36,925 nucleotides of DNA from an uncultured Methylobacteriaceae bacterium (GCA_937872715.1 CALMTJ010000472.1:1-36925), one strand, 5' to 3'. Shown: positions 8,103 to 17,765, counted from the first letter of the stretch. The notes: a model not told the origin generated them from the letters alone. Program-made: numbers and translations.

Positions 8103-9275
8103 ATGCCCTACTTCGCCCGGCTCGACGCCCTGAGAGGATATTGCGTCCTCGGCGTGTTCGGTTTCCATGCCGGATTGATGGATTTCGGCTGGGTCGGCGT
8201 CAACGCGTTCTTCGTCCTGTCCGGCTTCCTGATCACGGGGATCCTGATCGGTCTCCGAGACGCGCGGGCACCCGGTCTCGCAAGCTTCTACGTGCGTAGA
8301 TCGCTCCGCATCCTGCCTGCCGTCTACGTCTACCTCTTCGTCATCTTGGCGATCGGACTGTGTATCCAACCCTACCTGCCGGGCGACATGACGTCGCTGT
8401 CGGATTCTCTGCCCTACCTCGTCACCTTCACGGACAACGTCCACGCCCTCGATCCGAACTACGTCAACAGCGACTACTTCTCCCATCTCTGGTCGATCGC
8501 GGTGGAGGAGCAGTTCTACCTCGTCTGGCCTCTCCTGGTCCTCCTGACGCCGCGCCGGTTCCTGGCGCATGTCTGCGTGATGGCGGTCCTGACGGCACTC
8601 CTGTTCCGGACGGGGCTGTACGTCAGCGAGGCGGGCGATCATCTCCGGCATTACGCGGCCGGCCGCCTGCCCTTCGCGAGCTGCGACGCGTTCGCGCTCG
8701 GGGCGCTCCTGCGGATCGTCCGCCTTCCGGACGCCGTCCGGACGCCGCGCACGCTCCTAGTGTCGGGGGTGCTCGTCATCCTGGTCGGCTTCGCGGGCGA
8801 GATGTCGGCCGGCGCCGGACCGTATCCCCCGAGCCTGTGGTCTCTCGGCTGGAATCCGGTTCTAAGCGGGGCCTGGGGCGAGATCTGGCGCGGAACGGCG
8901 CTGGGTTTGTTCTTCGCGCACCTGATCGCGATCCTGACGCGCCCCGCGCCGGCGCCAGCCCTGTTCGACCGCGCGTTCGACAACGTGGTCGCCCGCCGGA
9001 TCGGTCTCGTCTCCTACGGGTTCTACATCTATCACGACCCTCTCGTGGCCGTCGCGAAGACGCTCGGATGGATCGAGCCCTCCATGAAGTACCTGTATCT
9101 CGCGGCCGCTCTGGCCGGGACATGGCTCCTCGCTTCCTTGAGTCACCGGTACGTGGAAACGCCCTTCCTCGCGCTGAAGCGGCTCTGGCCCTATCACGGC
9201 GCCTCGAGCGCGGGCCGGGAGGAGCCAAGTCCGTCTGGAGCCACCAGGTCGCCTGAGGCCGCGATGGCGGGCTGA
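8103..9275 (+). CDS. Acyltransferase-3 family membrane O-acyltransferase (OafA/YrhL-like)
   Basis: RLDALRG, GVNAFFVLSGFLIT, FYVRRSLRILP, HLWSIAVEEQFYLVWP and VSYGFYIYH, with multiple TM helices and no SGNH domain. Confidence 0.9.
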   Translation: MPYFARLDALRGYCVLGVFGFHAGLMDFGWVGVNAFFVLSGFLITGILIGLRDARAPGLASFYVRRSLRILPAVYVYLFVILAIGLCIQPYLPGDMTSLSDSLPYLVTFTDNVHALDPNYVNSDYFSHLWSIAVEEQFYLVWPLLVLLTPRRFLAHVCVMAVLTALLFRTGLYVSEAGDHLRHYAAGRLPFASCDAFALGALLRIVRLPDAVRTPRTLLVSGVLVILVGFAGEMSAGAGPYPPSLWSLGWNPVLSGAWGEIWRGTALGLFFAHLIAILTRPAPAPALFDRAFDNVVARRIGLVSYGFYIYHDPLVAVAKTLGWIEPSMKYLYLAAALAGTWLLASLSHRYVETPFLALKRLWPYHGASSAGREEPSPSGATRSPEAAMAG

Positions 9276-9375
9276 AGGATGCTCCGCCGGCTGCCGTGAT
9301 ACTCGCCGGGGAGGAACCGCTCGCCTTGTGGGCGAAACGCCTCGATGCGGCAGGCGGCGTCGGGGCCGGGACGCC

Positions 9376-9864
9376 TCACAGCCCGAGCTCCGTGAGGCCG
9401 GGATGGTCGGCGGGGCGGAGCCCGAGCGGCCAGCGGAAAAGCCTGTCCGCCTCCGCAATGGGCACGTCGTTGATGCTGGCATGGCGTTCGGCCATCCGGC
9501 CGTCGCCCGCGAACATCCAGTTCTCGTTTCCGTAGGAGCGGAACCAGGCGCCCGCTTCGTCGTGCCACTCGTAGGAGAAGCGAACCGCGATGCGGTCGCC
9601 CGTGAACGCCCAGACCTCTTTGATGAGGCGGTATTCCCGTTCCTTCGCCCATTTGCGGGTCAGGAACGCCTCGACCGCCTCCCGGCCGGAGAAGAATTCC
9701 GATCGGTTCCGCCACCGGCTGTCCGGCGTGTAGGCCAGCGCGACGCGCCCGGGGTCGCGCGTGTTCCAGGCGTCCTCCGCGCCCCTCGCCTTGGCGGCCG
9801 CGGTCGCGGCGGTGAACGGAGGGAGCGGCGGACGGTCCGCTTCCACGGCGCCGGAGGGGCTCAC
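9376..9864 (-). CDS. DUF1348 / NTF2-like (SnoaL-like) protein
   Basis: [62 protein letters not shown] and HPGLTELGL. Confidence 0.9.
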   Translation of the reverse strand: MSPSGAVEADRPPLPPFTAATAAAKARGAEDAWNTRDPGRVALAYTPDSRWRNRSEFFSGREAVEAFLTRKWAKEREYRLIKEVWAFTGDRIAVRFSYEWHDEAGAWFRSYGNENWMFAGDGRMAERHASINDVPIAEADRLFRWPLGLRPADHPGLTELGL

Positions 9865-10073
9865 GAGCCGCGCCCCGTGGCGTCACCCGGACGGCGTTCT
9901 GGACCAACGAACGATCTCAGCGAAGCCTCCCGATCGATCCGGATGACAGCCTGGAAAGCGCCATCCCATGGCATCGGAGAGCGACACGCGCAACGGGGCT
10001 ACGCAGAGCGGCCAAATTGGTCCTATGCTGAGCGGGGCCGCCGGCAGCGGGCGGCCGAGCGAGGGAGAACAGC

Positions 10074-11087
10074 ATGCCAGTGACCATCGGTGGCTTCGTC
10101 CGGGCGATCCTGGTGGTCGGAGCTGTATCCGGGCCGGCCGCCGCCGCGGAGGCCGCCGACATCAAGCCGGCCGTGGTGTTCGACCTCGGCACCAAATACG
10201 ACAAGTCCTTCAACGAAGGGGTGTTCAACGGGACGGAGCGCTTCCGGAAGGAGTTCAACGTTCCGGTCGCGGAGTTCGAGCCCGCGAACGAGACGCAGTT
10301 CGAGCAGGCCCATCGCCGCTTCGCGCAGCGGGGCCAGGACCCGATCCTGGCCGTCGGCTTCAACCAGGCGAGCGTCGTCGACCGCATCGCCAAGGACTTC
10401 CCGGACACCCGCTTCTCGCTGATCGACGGCGTCTCCAAACTCCCGAACGTCCAGTCGGTGCTGTTCCGCGAGCAGGAAGGCTCCTTCCTGGTCGGGATGC
10501 TGGCCGCCATGGCGTCCAAGACCGGGAAGGTCGGGTTCGTCGGCGGCATGGACATCCCGCTGATCCGCCGCTTCGCCTGCGGCTACGGGCAGGGCGTGCG
10601 CTACGCAGACGCGAAGGCGGAGCTGATCCAGAACATGACCGGGACGACGCCCTCCGCCTGGAACGATCCCGGACGCGGGGCGGAGCTGGCGCGCGGGCAG
10701 TTCGACCGCGGGGTGGACGTCGTCTTCGCGGCCGCCGGCGCCACCGGGCTCGGGGTCCTCCAGGCCGCCAAGGATGCCGGAAAGCTGTCCATCGGCGTGG
10801 ATTCCAACCAGAACCACCTCCATCCGGGCTCCGTCCTCACCTCGATGGTGAAGCGCGTGGACGTCGCCGCCTTCGATTCCTTCAAGGAGGCGCGGGACGG
10901 CACCTGGAAGGGCGGCGTCTCCGTCCTCGGCCTCAAGGACGGCGCGATCGACTGGGCGCTGGACGACAACAACAAGGCCCTCATCACGGCCGACATGAAG
11001 AGCAGGGTCGACGCCGCCAAGGCCGACATCATCTCGGGGAAAATCAAGGTCGTCGACTACATGGAGGGCAACAGCTGCCCGCCCTGA
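10074..11087 (+). CDS. BMP-family ABC transporter substrate-binding protein (nucleoside/purine type)
   Basis: Signal peptide, DKSFNE, FREQEGSFLVG, GFVGGMDIP, IGVDSNQN and LTSMVKRVD. Confidence 0.92.
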   Translation: MPVTIGGFVRAILVVGAVSGPAAAAEAADIKPAVVFDLGTKYDKSFNEGVFNGTERFRKEFNVPVAEFEPANETQFEQAHRRFAQRGQDPILAVGFNQASVVDRIAKDFPDTRFSLIDGVSKLPNVQSVLFREQEGSFLVGMLAAMASKTGKVGFVGGMDIPLIRRFACGYGQGVRYADAKAELIQNMTGTTPSAWNDPGRGAELARGQFDRGVDVVFAAAGATGLGVLQAAKDAGKLSIGVDSNQNHLHPGSVLTSMVKRVDVAAFDSFKEARDGTWKGGVSVLGLKDGAIDWALDDNNKALITADMKSRVDAAKADIISGKIKVVDYMEGNSCPP

Positions 11088-11094
11088 CCGGCCG

Positions 11095-12675
11095 ATGAGC
11101 CCCGGCCAGACGGCGCAGGCCGCCATCGAGCTGCGCGGCGTCTCGAAATCCTTCGGGCCGGTCAAGGCCGTGCGGGACGTCTCGCTCGCGATCCCGGACG
11201 GCGCGGTCGCCGGCATCGTCGGCGAGAACGGGGCCGGCAAGTCGACGCTGATGAACCTCGTCTACGGGCTCGTCTCGCCGGATGCGGGGGAGATGCTCGT
11301 TCGGGGCCGGGAGGCCGTCCTGTCCGGGCCCGGCGACGCGATCCGGCTCGGCATCGGCATGGTCCACCAGCACTTCATGCTGGTCGACACCTTCACGGTC
11401 GCCGAGAACGTGGCGCTCGGTGCGGAGGGGAGCGCGCTGCTCCGGCCGAGCCTCGCGGCGGCCCGGCGCGCCCTCGGCCGCATCGCCGACGAGCACGGCT
11501 TGCGGGTCGACCCGGACGCCATCGTCGGCGACCTCCCGGTCGGCGAGCAGCAGCGCGTCGAGATCCTGAAGGTCCTCTACCGGGGCGCCCGCATCCTGAT
11601 CCTGGACGAGCCGACGGCCGTGCTCACGCCCGGCGAGACGGACGCCTTGTTCCGCGTCCTTCGAGGCTTGTCCGCCGGCGGCGTCACGGTCGTGCTCGTG
11701 ACGCACAAGCTCCGCGAGATCATGGCGGCGACGGACGGCGTCTTCGTGATGCGGGGCGGCCGGCTCGTCGCCTCCCGGCCGACGCGGGAAACGAGCCCGG
11801 GCGAGCTCGCGACCCTCATGATCGGCGATCACGGCCGATCGGTGCTCCTGCCGGATGCGACGTCCCGGCGCCGGCCCGCGGTCCAGCCGGAAGGCTTTCC
11901 CGGAGACGCGGGAGTCCACCGTCCTCATGCTGAGGCGGCCGCTGCAAGCGGCCCTCGAAGCACGCAGCACGCCGTCTCGCTCGACCTGCGGGCGGGCGAG
12001 ATCGTGGGCGTGGCGGGCGTGGCGGGCAACGGCCAGGGCGAGCTCCTGGAGGTGCTGGCCGGGATGCGTCCTCTGGCCGGAGGCAGGATCGGCCTCGGAG
12101 GCCGGGAGGTCACGCCGGCGGCCCCCTGCGATCCGGCCGCCATGCGGGCGCTCGGGGTGGCGCATGTCCCCGAGCACCGTCACCGGCACGGCATAGTGGA
12201 GGAGTTCACGGCCGCCGAGACGGCGATCCTCGGCTACGAGGCCGATCCGGGCCTCGGCCGGAGGCGGCTCGACGGACGGGCCGCCGAGCGGAGCTGCGCC
12301 GGCCTGATGGCGCGGTTCGACGTCCGGCCCCCGGACCCCCGCCACCTGTCCGGCCGCTTCTCGGGCGGCAACCAGCAGAAGCTCGTGATCGGCCGCGAGA
12401 TCTCGGCCCGACCCCGCATCCTCCTCGTCGGGCAGCCGACTCGCGGCGTCGATATCGGGGCGATCGCGGCGATCCATCGGGAGATCCGGGCGCTCCGGGA
12501 CGAGGGCTGCGCGATCCTCCTCGTCTCGGCCGAGCTCGACGAGATCGCGGCGCTCGCCGACCGCGTCCTCGTGATGCTGCGCGGCCGCATCGCGGGCGAG
12601 GTGCCGGCGGATGCCGATCCCGAGACCCTGGGCCTCCTCATGTCCGGCGCGGGCCGGGAACGCGACGCCGCGTGA
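11095..12675 (+). CDS. Nucleoside/sugar ABC transporter ATP-binding protein (two ATPase domains), carrying an in-frame palindromic repeat
   Basis: Walker A GENGAGKST, GMVHQHFMLV, VGEQQRVEILK, LDEPT, second domain GVAGNGQ, FSGGNQQK and QPTRGVD. Confidence 0.92.
   Translation: MSPGQTAQAAIELRGVSKSFGPVKAVRDVSLAIPDGAVAGIVGENGAGKSTLMNLVYGLVSPDAGEMLVRGREAVLSGPGDAIRLGIGMVHQHFMLVDTFTVAENVALGAEGSALLRPSLAAARRALGRIADEHGLRVDPDAIVGDLPVGEQQRVEILKVLYRGARILILDEPTAVLTPGETDALFRVLRGLSAGGVTVVLVTHKLREIMAATDGVFVMRGGRLVASRPTRETSPGELATLMIGDHGRSVLLPDATSRRRPAVQPEGFPGDAGVHRPHAEAAAASGPRSTQHAVSLDLRAGEIVGVAGVAGNGQGELLEVLAGMRPLAGGRIGLGGREVTPAAPCDPAAMRALGVAHVPEHRHRHGIVEEFTAAETAILGYEADPGLGRRRLDGRAAERSCAGLMARFDVRPPDPRHLSGRFSGGNQQKLVIGREISARPRILLVGQPTRGVDIGAIAAIHREIRALRDEGCAILLVSAELDEIAALADRVLVMLRGRIAGEVPADADPETLGLLMSGAGRERDAA
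11923..11966 (+). repeat. 44-bp palindromic repeat (REP/RPE-like), copy inside the ABC ATPase CDS
   Basis: CCTCATGCTGAGGCGGCCGCTGCAAGCGGCCCTCGAAGCACGCA is 39/44 identical to the reverse complement of 22739-22782. Confidence 0.88.
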
Positions 12676-13811
12676 GGGCCGGCGGGACGCTGCCGCGCTG
12701 GGCGGAGCTCGGCCTCGTGCCGCTGCTCGACGTGCTCTGCGCCTTCCTGGCCGCGGCCCTCGTCGTGCTGGCCATCGGCGTGAGTCCCCTCGCCGTGCTG
12801 CGAGCGATCCTGGCCGGCGCGCTCGGGGATGCGGGCGCGCTCGGCTACACGCTCTACTACGCGACGAACTTCGTCTTCACCGGGCTGGCCGTCGCGCTCG
12901 CCTTCCATGCCGGGCTGTTCAACATCGGCGGCGAGGGGCAGGCGATCCTGGGCGGCCTCGGCACCGGCCTCGTGGCCCTGGCGCTGGACCGGGTGCTGCC
13001 CGGCTGGCTTCTCCTGCCGGTCGCGATCGCGGCCGCCGCCCTGTTCGGGGCCGGATGGGCGGCGATCCCGGCCTGGCTCCAGGCGCGGCGCGGCAGCCAC
13101 ATCGTCATCACCACCATCATGTTCAACTTCATCGCGGCCGCGCTCCTGGTCTACCTCCTCGTGAACGTGCTGATCGCGCCCGGCTCGATGTCGCCGGAAA
13201 CCCGCGCCTTCCAGCCGGCCGCCTCCCTGCCGCTGGCGCATGACGGGCTGCGGGCGCTCGGCTTCGCGGCGGCGCCGTCCCCGCTCAACGCCTCCGGGCT
13301 GGTCGCGCTCGCGGCCGCCGCGGCCGTGTGGTTCACCCTCTGGCACACGCGCTTCGGCTATCGGCTCCGGGTGATGGGCCTGAACCCGGGCGCGGCGCTC
13401 TATGCCGGCATCCCGATCGGCCGCATGACGGTCGGGGTGCTCTGCCTGTCGGGCGCCCTCGCCGGCATGGTCGGGATCAACGAGATCCTGGGCGTCCAGC
13501 ACCGCCTGATCCTCAACTTCTCCGCCGGCTACGGCTTCGGCGGGATCGCGGTGGCGCTGATGGGCCGCAACCACCCGGCCGGGATCGTGCTCGCGAGCCT
13601 GCTCTTCGGCATCCTGAACCAGGGCGGGGCGGAGATCAGCTTCGACATCCCGGCCGTGTCCCGCGAGATGGTGACCGTGATCCAGGGGCTCGTGATCCTC
13701 TTCTCCGGCGCGCTCGCGGGCTTCTCGCGCCCCCTCGCCCGCGGACTCCTGGCCTTCGCCGGCGCCGCCCTGTCCCGGCGCGCCGGGGCGCCTGCCTCGC
13801 GGGAGGGCTGA
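12672..13811 (+). CDS. Nucleoside ABC transporter permease 1
   Basis: GTGA overlap with the ATPase, GLFNIGGEGQ, GSHIVITTIMFNFIA and GFGGIAVALMGRNHP. Confidence 0.92.
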   Translation: MRAGGTLPRWAELGLVPLLDVLCAFLAAALVVLAIGVSPLAVLRAILAGALGDAGALGYTLYYATNFVFTGLAVALAFHAGLFNIGGEGQAILGGLGTGLVALALDRVLPGWLLLPVAIAAAALFGAGWAAIPAWLQARRGSHIVITTIMFNFIAAALLVYLLVNVLIAPGSMSPETRAFQPAASLPLAHDGLRALGFAAAPSPLNASGLVALAAAAAVWFTLWHTRFGYRLRVMGLNPGAALYAGIPIGRMTVGVLCLSGALAGMVGINEILGVQHRLILNFSAGYGFGGIAVALMGRNHPAGIVLASLLFGILNQGGAEISFDIPAVSREMVTVIQGLVILFSGALAGFSRPLARGLLAFAGAALSRRAGAPASREG

Positions 13812-13814
13812 CGG

Positions 13815-14723
13815 ATGGCAGCCCTCCTGCCCGAACTCCTGTCGCTCGCCTCCGGCACGCTCCGGATGGCGACGCCGCTGATCCTGTGCGCGATGGGCGG
13901 GCTCTTCTCCGAACGGAGCGGGATCGTCGATATCGGCCTCGAGGGGAAGATGCTGGCCGCGGCCTTCGCGGCGGCGGCGGCCGCCGCCGTCACGGGATCG
14001 GCTTCCGCCGGCCTCGCGGCCGGGTGCGGGGCGGCCCTGCTCCTCGCCCTCGTGCACGGCTTCGCCTCGATCACCCACGGCGGCAACCAGGTGGTGAGCG
14101 GCGTCGCGGTCAACATGCTGGCCTCCGGGCTGACGATCACCTTCGGTCAGGCCTGGTTCGCCTCCGGCGGCGCCACGCCGGCCCTTCCGGCTTCGGCAAG
14201 GTTCATGACCGTCGTCGGAGGGCACAACATCCTGGTCTTAGCCGCGCTCGCCTCCGTGCCGCTGACCTGGTGGGTGATCGGCCGCACGCGCTTCGGCCTG
14301 CGGCTCAGGGCGGTCGGGGAATCGCCGCGTGCCGTCCAGGCCGCAGGCGTCTCGGTGGCGGGCCTGCGCTACCGGGCCGTGCTGGCCTGCGGCCTCCTCA
14401 CCGGGATCGCCGGAACCTACCTGTCGCTCGCGCAGAGCGCCGGGTTCAGCCGCGAGATGACCGCCGGACAAGGCTACATCGCGCTGGCGGCGCTGATCTT
14501 CGGCAAGTGGCGCGCGCTTCCGGCCTTCGGCGCCTGCCTGCTGTTCGGCTTCGTGGACGTGCTCGCGATCCGGCTGCAGGGCGTCGCGGTCGCCGGTGTG
14601 GCGGTGCCGGTCCAGCTCTTCCAGGTGCTGCCCTACGGGCTCACGGTGATCCTGCTGGCCGGGTTCGTCGGCCGCGCCGTCGCCCCGAAGGCGATCGGCC
14701 TTCCTTTCGTCGGGGGGCGCTGA
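13815..14723 (+). CDS. Nucleoside ABC transporter permease 2
   Basis: FSERSGIVDIGLEGKML, NQVVSGVAVN, FGLRLRAVGE, GYIALAALIFGKW and LPYGLT. Confidence 0.92.
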   Translation: MAALLPELLSLASGTLRMATPLILCAMGGLFSERSGIVDIGLEGKMLAAAFAAAAAAAVTGSASAGLAAGCGAALLLALVHGFASITHGGNQVVSGVAVNMLASGLTITFGQAWFASGGATPALPASARFMTVVGGHNILVLAALASVPLTWWVIGRTRFGLRLRAVGESPRAVQAAGVSVAGLRYRAVLACGLLTGIAGTYLSLAQSAGFSREMTAGQGYIALAALIFGKWRALPAFGACLLFGFVDVLAIRLQGVAVAGVAVPVQLFQVLPYGLTVILLAGFVGRAVAPKAIGLPFVGGR

Positions 14724-14891
14724 CCCGGTCCGGATCGGACCTGCCCGGCGGGCGCCGAAACGCTGTTCATGAAGGTCCGGCCCGCCTTGTGCCGCTTCCG
14801 ACCGGACCGTAAGCGGCGGAAGGCAGGTATTCTCCTCGGACATGAAGCTGGTGAAGGGCAGTCGCGTCGCGCCGCCGCCCGGGCGACGCCG

Positions 14892-15962
14892 GTGACGCCC
14901 CCTCGCGATCCGGACCCGGCCTTCTGGGCCGGCCGACGGGTCCTCGTGACCGGCCATACGGGCTTCAAGGGCGCCTGGCTGGCCTTCTGGCTGGCCCGGA
15001 TGGGCGCGGCCGTCATCGGCTTCGCCGACGGGGTGCCGACCAGCCGGAGCCTCTTCGCCGATCTCGGGCTTTCCGGATTGCTGGACGACCGGCGCGGGGA
15101 CGTCCGGGACGCGGACGCGGTCGCCGCCGCCGTCGCGGCCGGCCGGCCGGCCGTCATCCTCCACCTCGCCGCGCAATCGCTCGTCCGAAGGTCCTACGGC
15201 GCCCCCGCCGAGACCTGGGACGTCAACGTCATGGGGACCGTGCACGTCCTGGAGGCGGCCCGGGCGCTGCCCGGCTGCACCGTGGTCGCCGTGACCACGG
15301 ACAAGTGCTACGAGAACCGCGAATGGCCCTGGCCCTACCGCGAGGCGGACGCGCTCGGCGGGCACGATCCCTATTCCGCCAGCAAGGCCGGAGCCGAGCT
15401 CGCGGCCGCGTCCTTTGCCCGCGCCTACGGCCTCAAGGTGGCGTCCGCCCGGGCCGGGAACGTCTTCGGCGGCGGCGACTGGGCGGAAGACCGGCTCGTC
15501 CCCGACATGGTCCGAGGCCTGTCCGCGGGCCGGTCGACCGCCATCCGCCATCCCGGCTCGGTCCGGCCCTGGCAGCACGTGCTGGAGCCTCTCTGCGGCT
15601 ACCTCCTGCTGGCCGAGCGGGCCGCCGCGGGCGATCCCGTGACGGGCGAGGGCTGGAATTTCGGGCCGGACGGCGCCGGCGAGGTCGATGTCGCGACCCT
15701 GGCCGACACGATGGGCCGGCTCTGGCCGCGCGCGCAGGCCTGGCACCCGGCGCCCGATCCGGGAAGTCCGCACGAGGCCGATACGCTTCGGCTGGATTCC
15801 TCCAAGGCGAGGACGCGGCTCGGCTGGCGGCCCCGCTGGACGCTGGAGGAGGGGCTCGCCGCCACCGTCGAGATGTACCGGTCGGCCGACGGCGAGGCGG
15901 CGCTGCGCGAGCGCGTGGGCCGGCAGATCGACGCCTACCTGTCGGCGGGAGCCGGACGTTGA
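14892..15962 (+). CDS. rfbG: CDP-glucose 4,6-dehydratase
   Basis: FWAGRRVLVTGHTGFKGAWL, HLAAQSLVRRSY, VTTDKCYEN, DPYSASK, RAGNVFGGGDW, RPWQHVLEPL and WNFGP. The start is uncertain; GTG 14892 was chosen. Confidence 0.92.
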   Translation: MTPPRDPDPAFWAGRRVLVTGHTGFKGAWLAFWLARMGAAVIGFADGVPTSRSLFADLGLSGLLDDRRGDVRDADAVAAAVAAGRPAVILHLAAQSLVRRSYGAPAETWDVNVMGTVHVLEAARALPGCTVVAVTTDKCYENREWPWPYREADALGGHDPYSASKAGAELAAASFARAYGLKVASARAGNVFGGGDWAEDRLVPDMVRGLSAGRSTAIRHPGSVRPWQHVLEPLCGYLLLAERAAAGDPVTGEGWNFGPDGAGEVDVATLADTMGRLWPRAQAWHPAPDPGSPHEADTLRLDSSKARTRLGWRPRWTLEEGLAATVEMYRSADGEAALRERVGRQIDAYLSAGAGR

Positions 15963-16654
15963 GCCGAGGGCTCGTGTTCGGCGCGACGGGCTTCATCGGC
16001 CGTGCGGTCTCGGCCGCCTTCGCGGCGGATGGCATCGACACCCTCCGGGTGAGCCGTCGCGGCGGGGATACGGATGCCGGCCCCGCCATCGCCTTCGACC
16101 CGCTCGCGGCCGATGCGGATTGGGACGCGCTCGCCGGAGAACCGTTTGCCCGAGTGGTCTTCGCGCAGGGCGCGAACCGCAACGACAGCGTGTTCCGGTT
16201 CGACCGCGCCGCCTATCTCGGCCTGATGGACGCGAACGTCACCTACGTGGCGGTGGCGCTGGCCGAGCTAGTCGGGCGGGGATTGGTGGCGAAGCCCGCC
16301 CGTTTCGTCGTGATCAGCTCGATCTGGCAGACGCTCGCCCGCCAGGAGAAGCTGTCCTACGCGATCTCGAAAGCCGCCCTCCAGGGCCTCGTCCATTCCG
16401 CGTCGCTCGACCTCGCTCGCGACGGGCACCTGGTCAACGCCGTCCTGCCCGGCGTGCTCGACACCGCCATGACCCGCGCCATGCTGTCGGAGGAGCAGCT
16501 GGCCGCGTTCGAGGGTGCGACGCCGTTCGGCCGGCTGGCGGATGTGGCGGACGTTGCCGAAATGGTTAACTTTCTGTGTTCGAATCGAAACGGGAGCATC
16601 ACCGGCCAGTTCGTGGCCGTTGATCTGGGATACCGGCATGCCCGCCTCGTTTGA
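15959..16654 (+). CDS. Classical SDR-family NAD(P)-dependent oxidoreductase
   Basis: TTG start overlaps the rfbG stop (TTGA). GATGFIG, ISS, catalytic YAISK, VNAVLPG, PFGRLA and ITGQFVAVDLG. Confidence 0.85.
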   Translation: MSRGLVFGATGFIGRAVSAAFAADGIDTLRVSRRGGDTDAGPAIAFDPLAADADWDALAGEPFARVVFAQGANRNDSVFRFDRAAYLGLMDANVTYVAVALAELVGRGLVAKPARFVVISSIWQTLARQEKLSYAISKAALQGLVHSASLDLARDGHLVNAVLPGVLDTAMTRAMLSEEQLAAFEGATPFGRLADVADVAEMVNFLCSNRNGSITGQFVAVDLGYRHARLV

Positions 16655-17765
16655 GATCACCTCGTCGTCCCGCACCTACGGCATCACGGTCGGGCAGGGC
16701 GGCATCGATGACTTCATGTCCGCCCGCGAGGGCGCGCTCGTCCTGTGCGACGACATCTTCGCCGAACGGCTCCGGGCGCCCGGCCGCACGGTGATCTCCG
16801 TCCAGGCGGCCGAGGAGGGCAAGACGCTCGACGCCGCGGGCCGGATCGTCGAGACGATGCGGGAGCGGGGCGTCGCCCGGTCGGACCGCATGGTGGTGGT
16901 CGGCGGCGGCGTGGTCCAGGATCTCGCCTGTTTCGCGGCCTCCATCTACATGCGGGGCATCTCCTGGGATTACTGCCCGACGACGCTGCTCGGCATGGTC
17001 GATTCCTGCGTCGGCGGGAAATCCTCGCTGAATGTCGGCCAGTTCAAGAACATCGCCGGCACCTATCATCCGCCCGAGCACATCCTGATCGACGTCGATT
17101 TCGCCCGCACCCTCGGTCACGATCAGTTCGCGGGCGGGCTGTGCGAGGCCGCCAAGATCTGCTTCGCCCGCGGGCCGGACGCCTTCGCATCCTACCTGGC
17201 GACGGGGGCCGGCCGCGACATGCAGGCGGAGGAGCTGGCCGAGGTCGTGGCGCTGAGCCTCCTGTCGAAGAAGTGGTTCATCGAGGTCGACGAGTTCGAC
17301 CGGGCCGAGCGCCTGACGCTGAATTTCGGCCATACATTCGGCCACGCGCTCGAAGCCGCGACAGGGTTCGCGGTCAACCACGGCCTCGCCGTCGGGATCG
17401 GCGTCATGTGCGCGCTCTCCTTCGCGACCCGGGAGACCGGCTTCGACGGCCCGCAGACCCGCGCGCTCTACCGCCACATGCGCGACCTCGTCGGCTCGGC
17501 CCTCGATCCGCCCGCGCTGTCCGGCCTCGATCCGGACCGGTTCGAACGCGCCTTCCTGTCCGACAAGAAGCATACCCACGAGGCCTTGCGGCTGATCCTG
17601 CCGGTCCGGCGCGGGAAGCTGCCGCTGGCGGTCGTCGGCCTGCCCCGCAGCCAGGACACGCTCGTGGCCGCCATGCAGTCGCTCGCGGACGTGATGCGGG
17701 AATTCCTGCCCGGCCGCCGGGCGGCGCCTCTCCCCGAGGCGGAGCCCACCCGCAAGCGGGCCTGA
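16638..17765 (+). CDS. 3-dehydroquinate synthase-like sugar phosphate cyclase (divergent AroB paralog)
   Basis: GGGVVQD, PTTLLGMVDSCVGGKSSLN, KNIAGTYHPP, EAAK, LNFGHTFGHALE, HGLAVGIG and DKKH. Overlaps the SDR gene by 17 nt. Confidence 0.85.
   Translation: MPASFEITSSSRTYGITVGQGGIDDFMSAREGALVLCDDIFAERLRAPGRTVISVQAAEEGKTLDAAGRIVETMRERGVARSDRMVVVGGGVVQDLACFAASIYMRGISWDYCPTTLLGMVDSCVGGKSSLNVGQFKNIAGTYHPPEHILIDVDFARTLGHDQFAGGLCEAAKICFARGPDAFASYLATGAGRDMQAEELAEVVALSLLSKKWFIEVDEFDRAERLTLNFGHTFGHALEAATGFAVNHGLAVGIGVMCALSFATRETGFDGPQTRALYRHMRDLVGSALDPPALSGLDPDRFERAFLSDKKHTHEALRLILPVRRGKLPLAVVGLPRSQDTLVAAMQSLADVMREFLPGRRAAPLPEAEPTRKRA

Noticed and set aside
16638-17765. Calling the cyclase a housekeeping aroB
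   Set aside because: Divergent motifs, no aroK, and coupling to rfbG and the SDR. The symbol is withheld until phylogeny is run.
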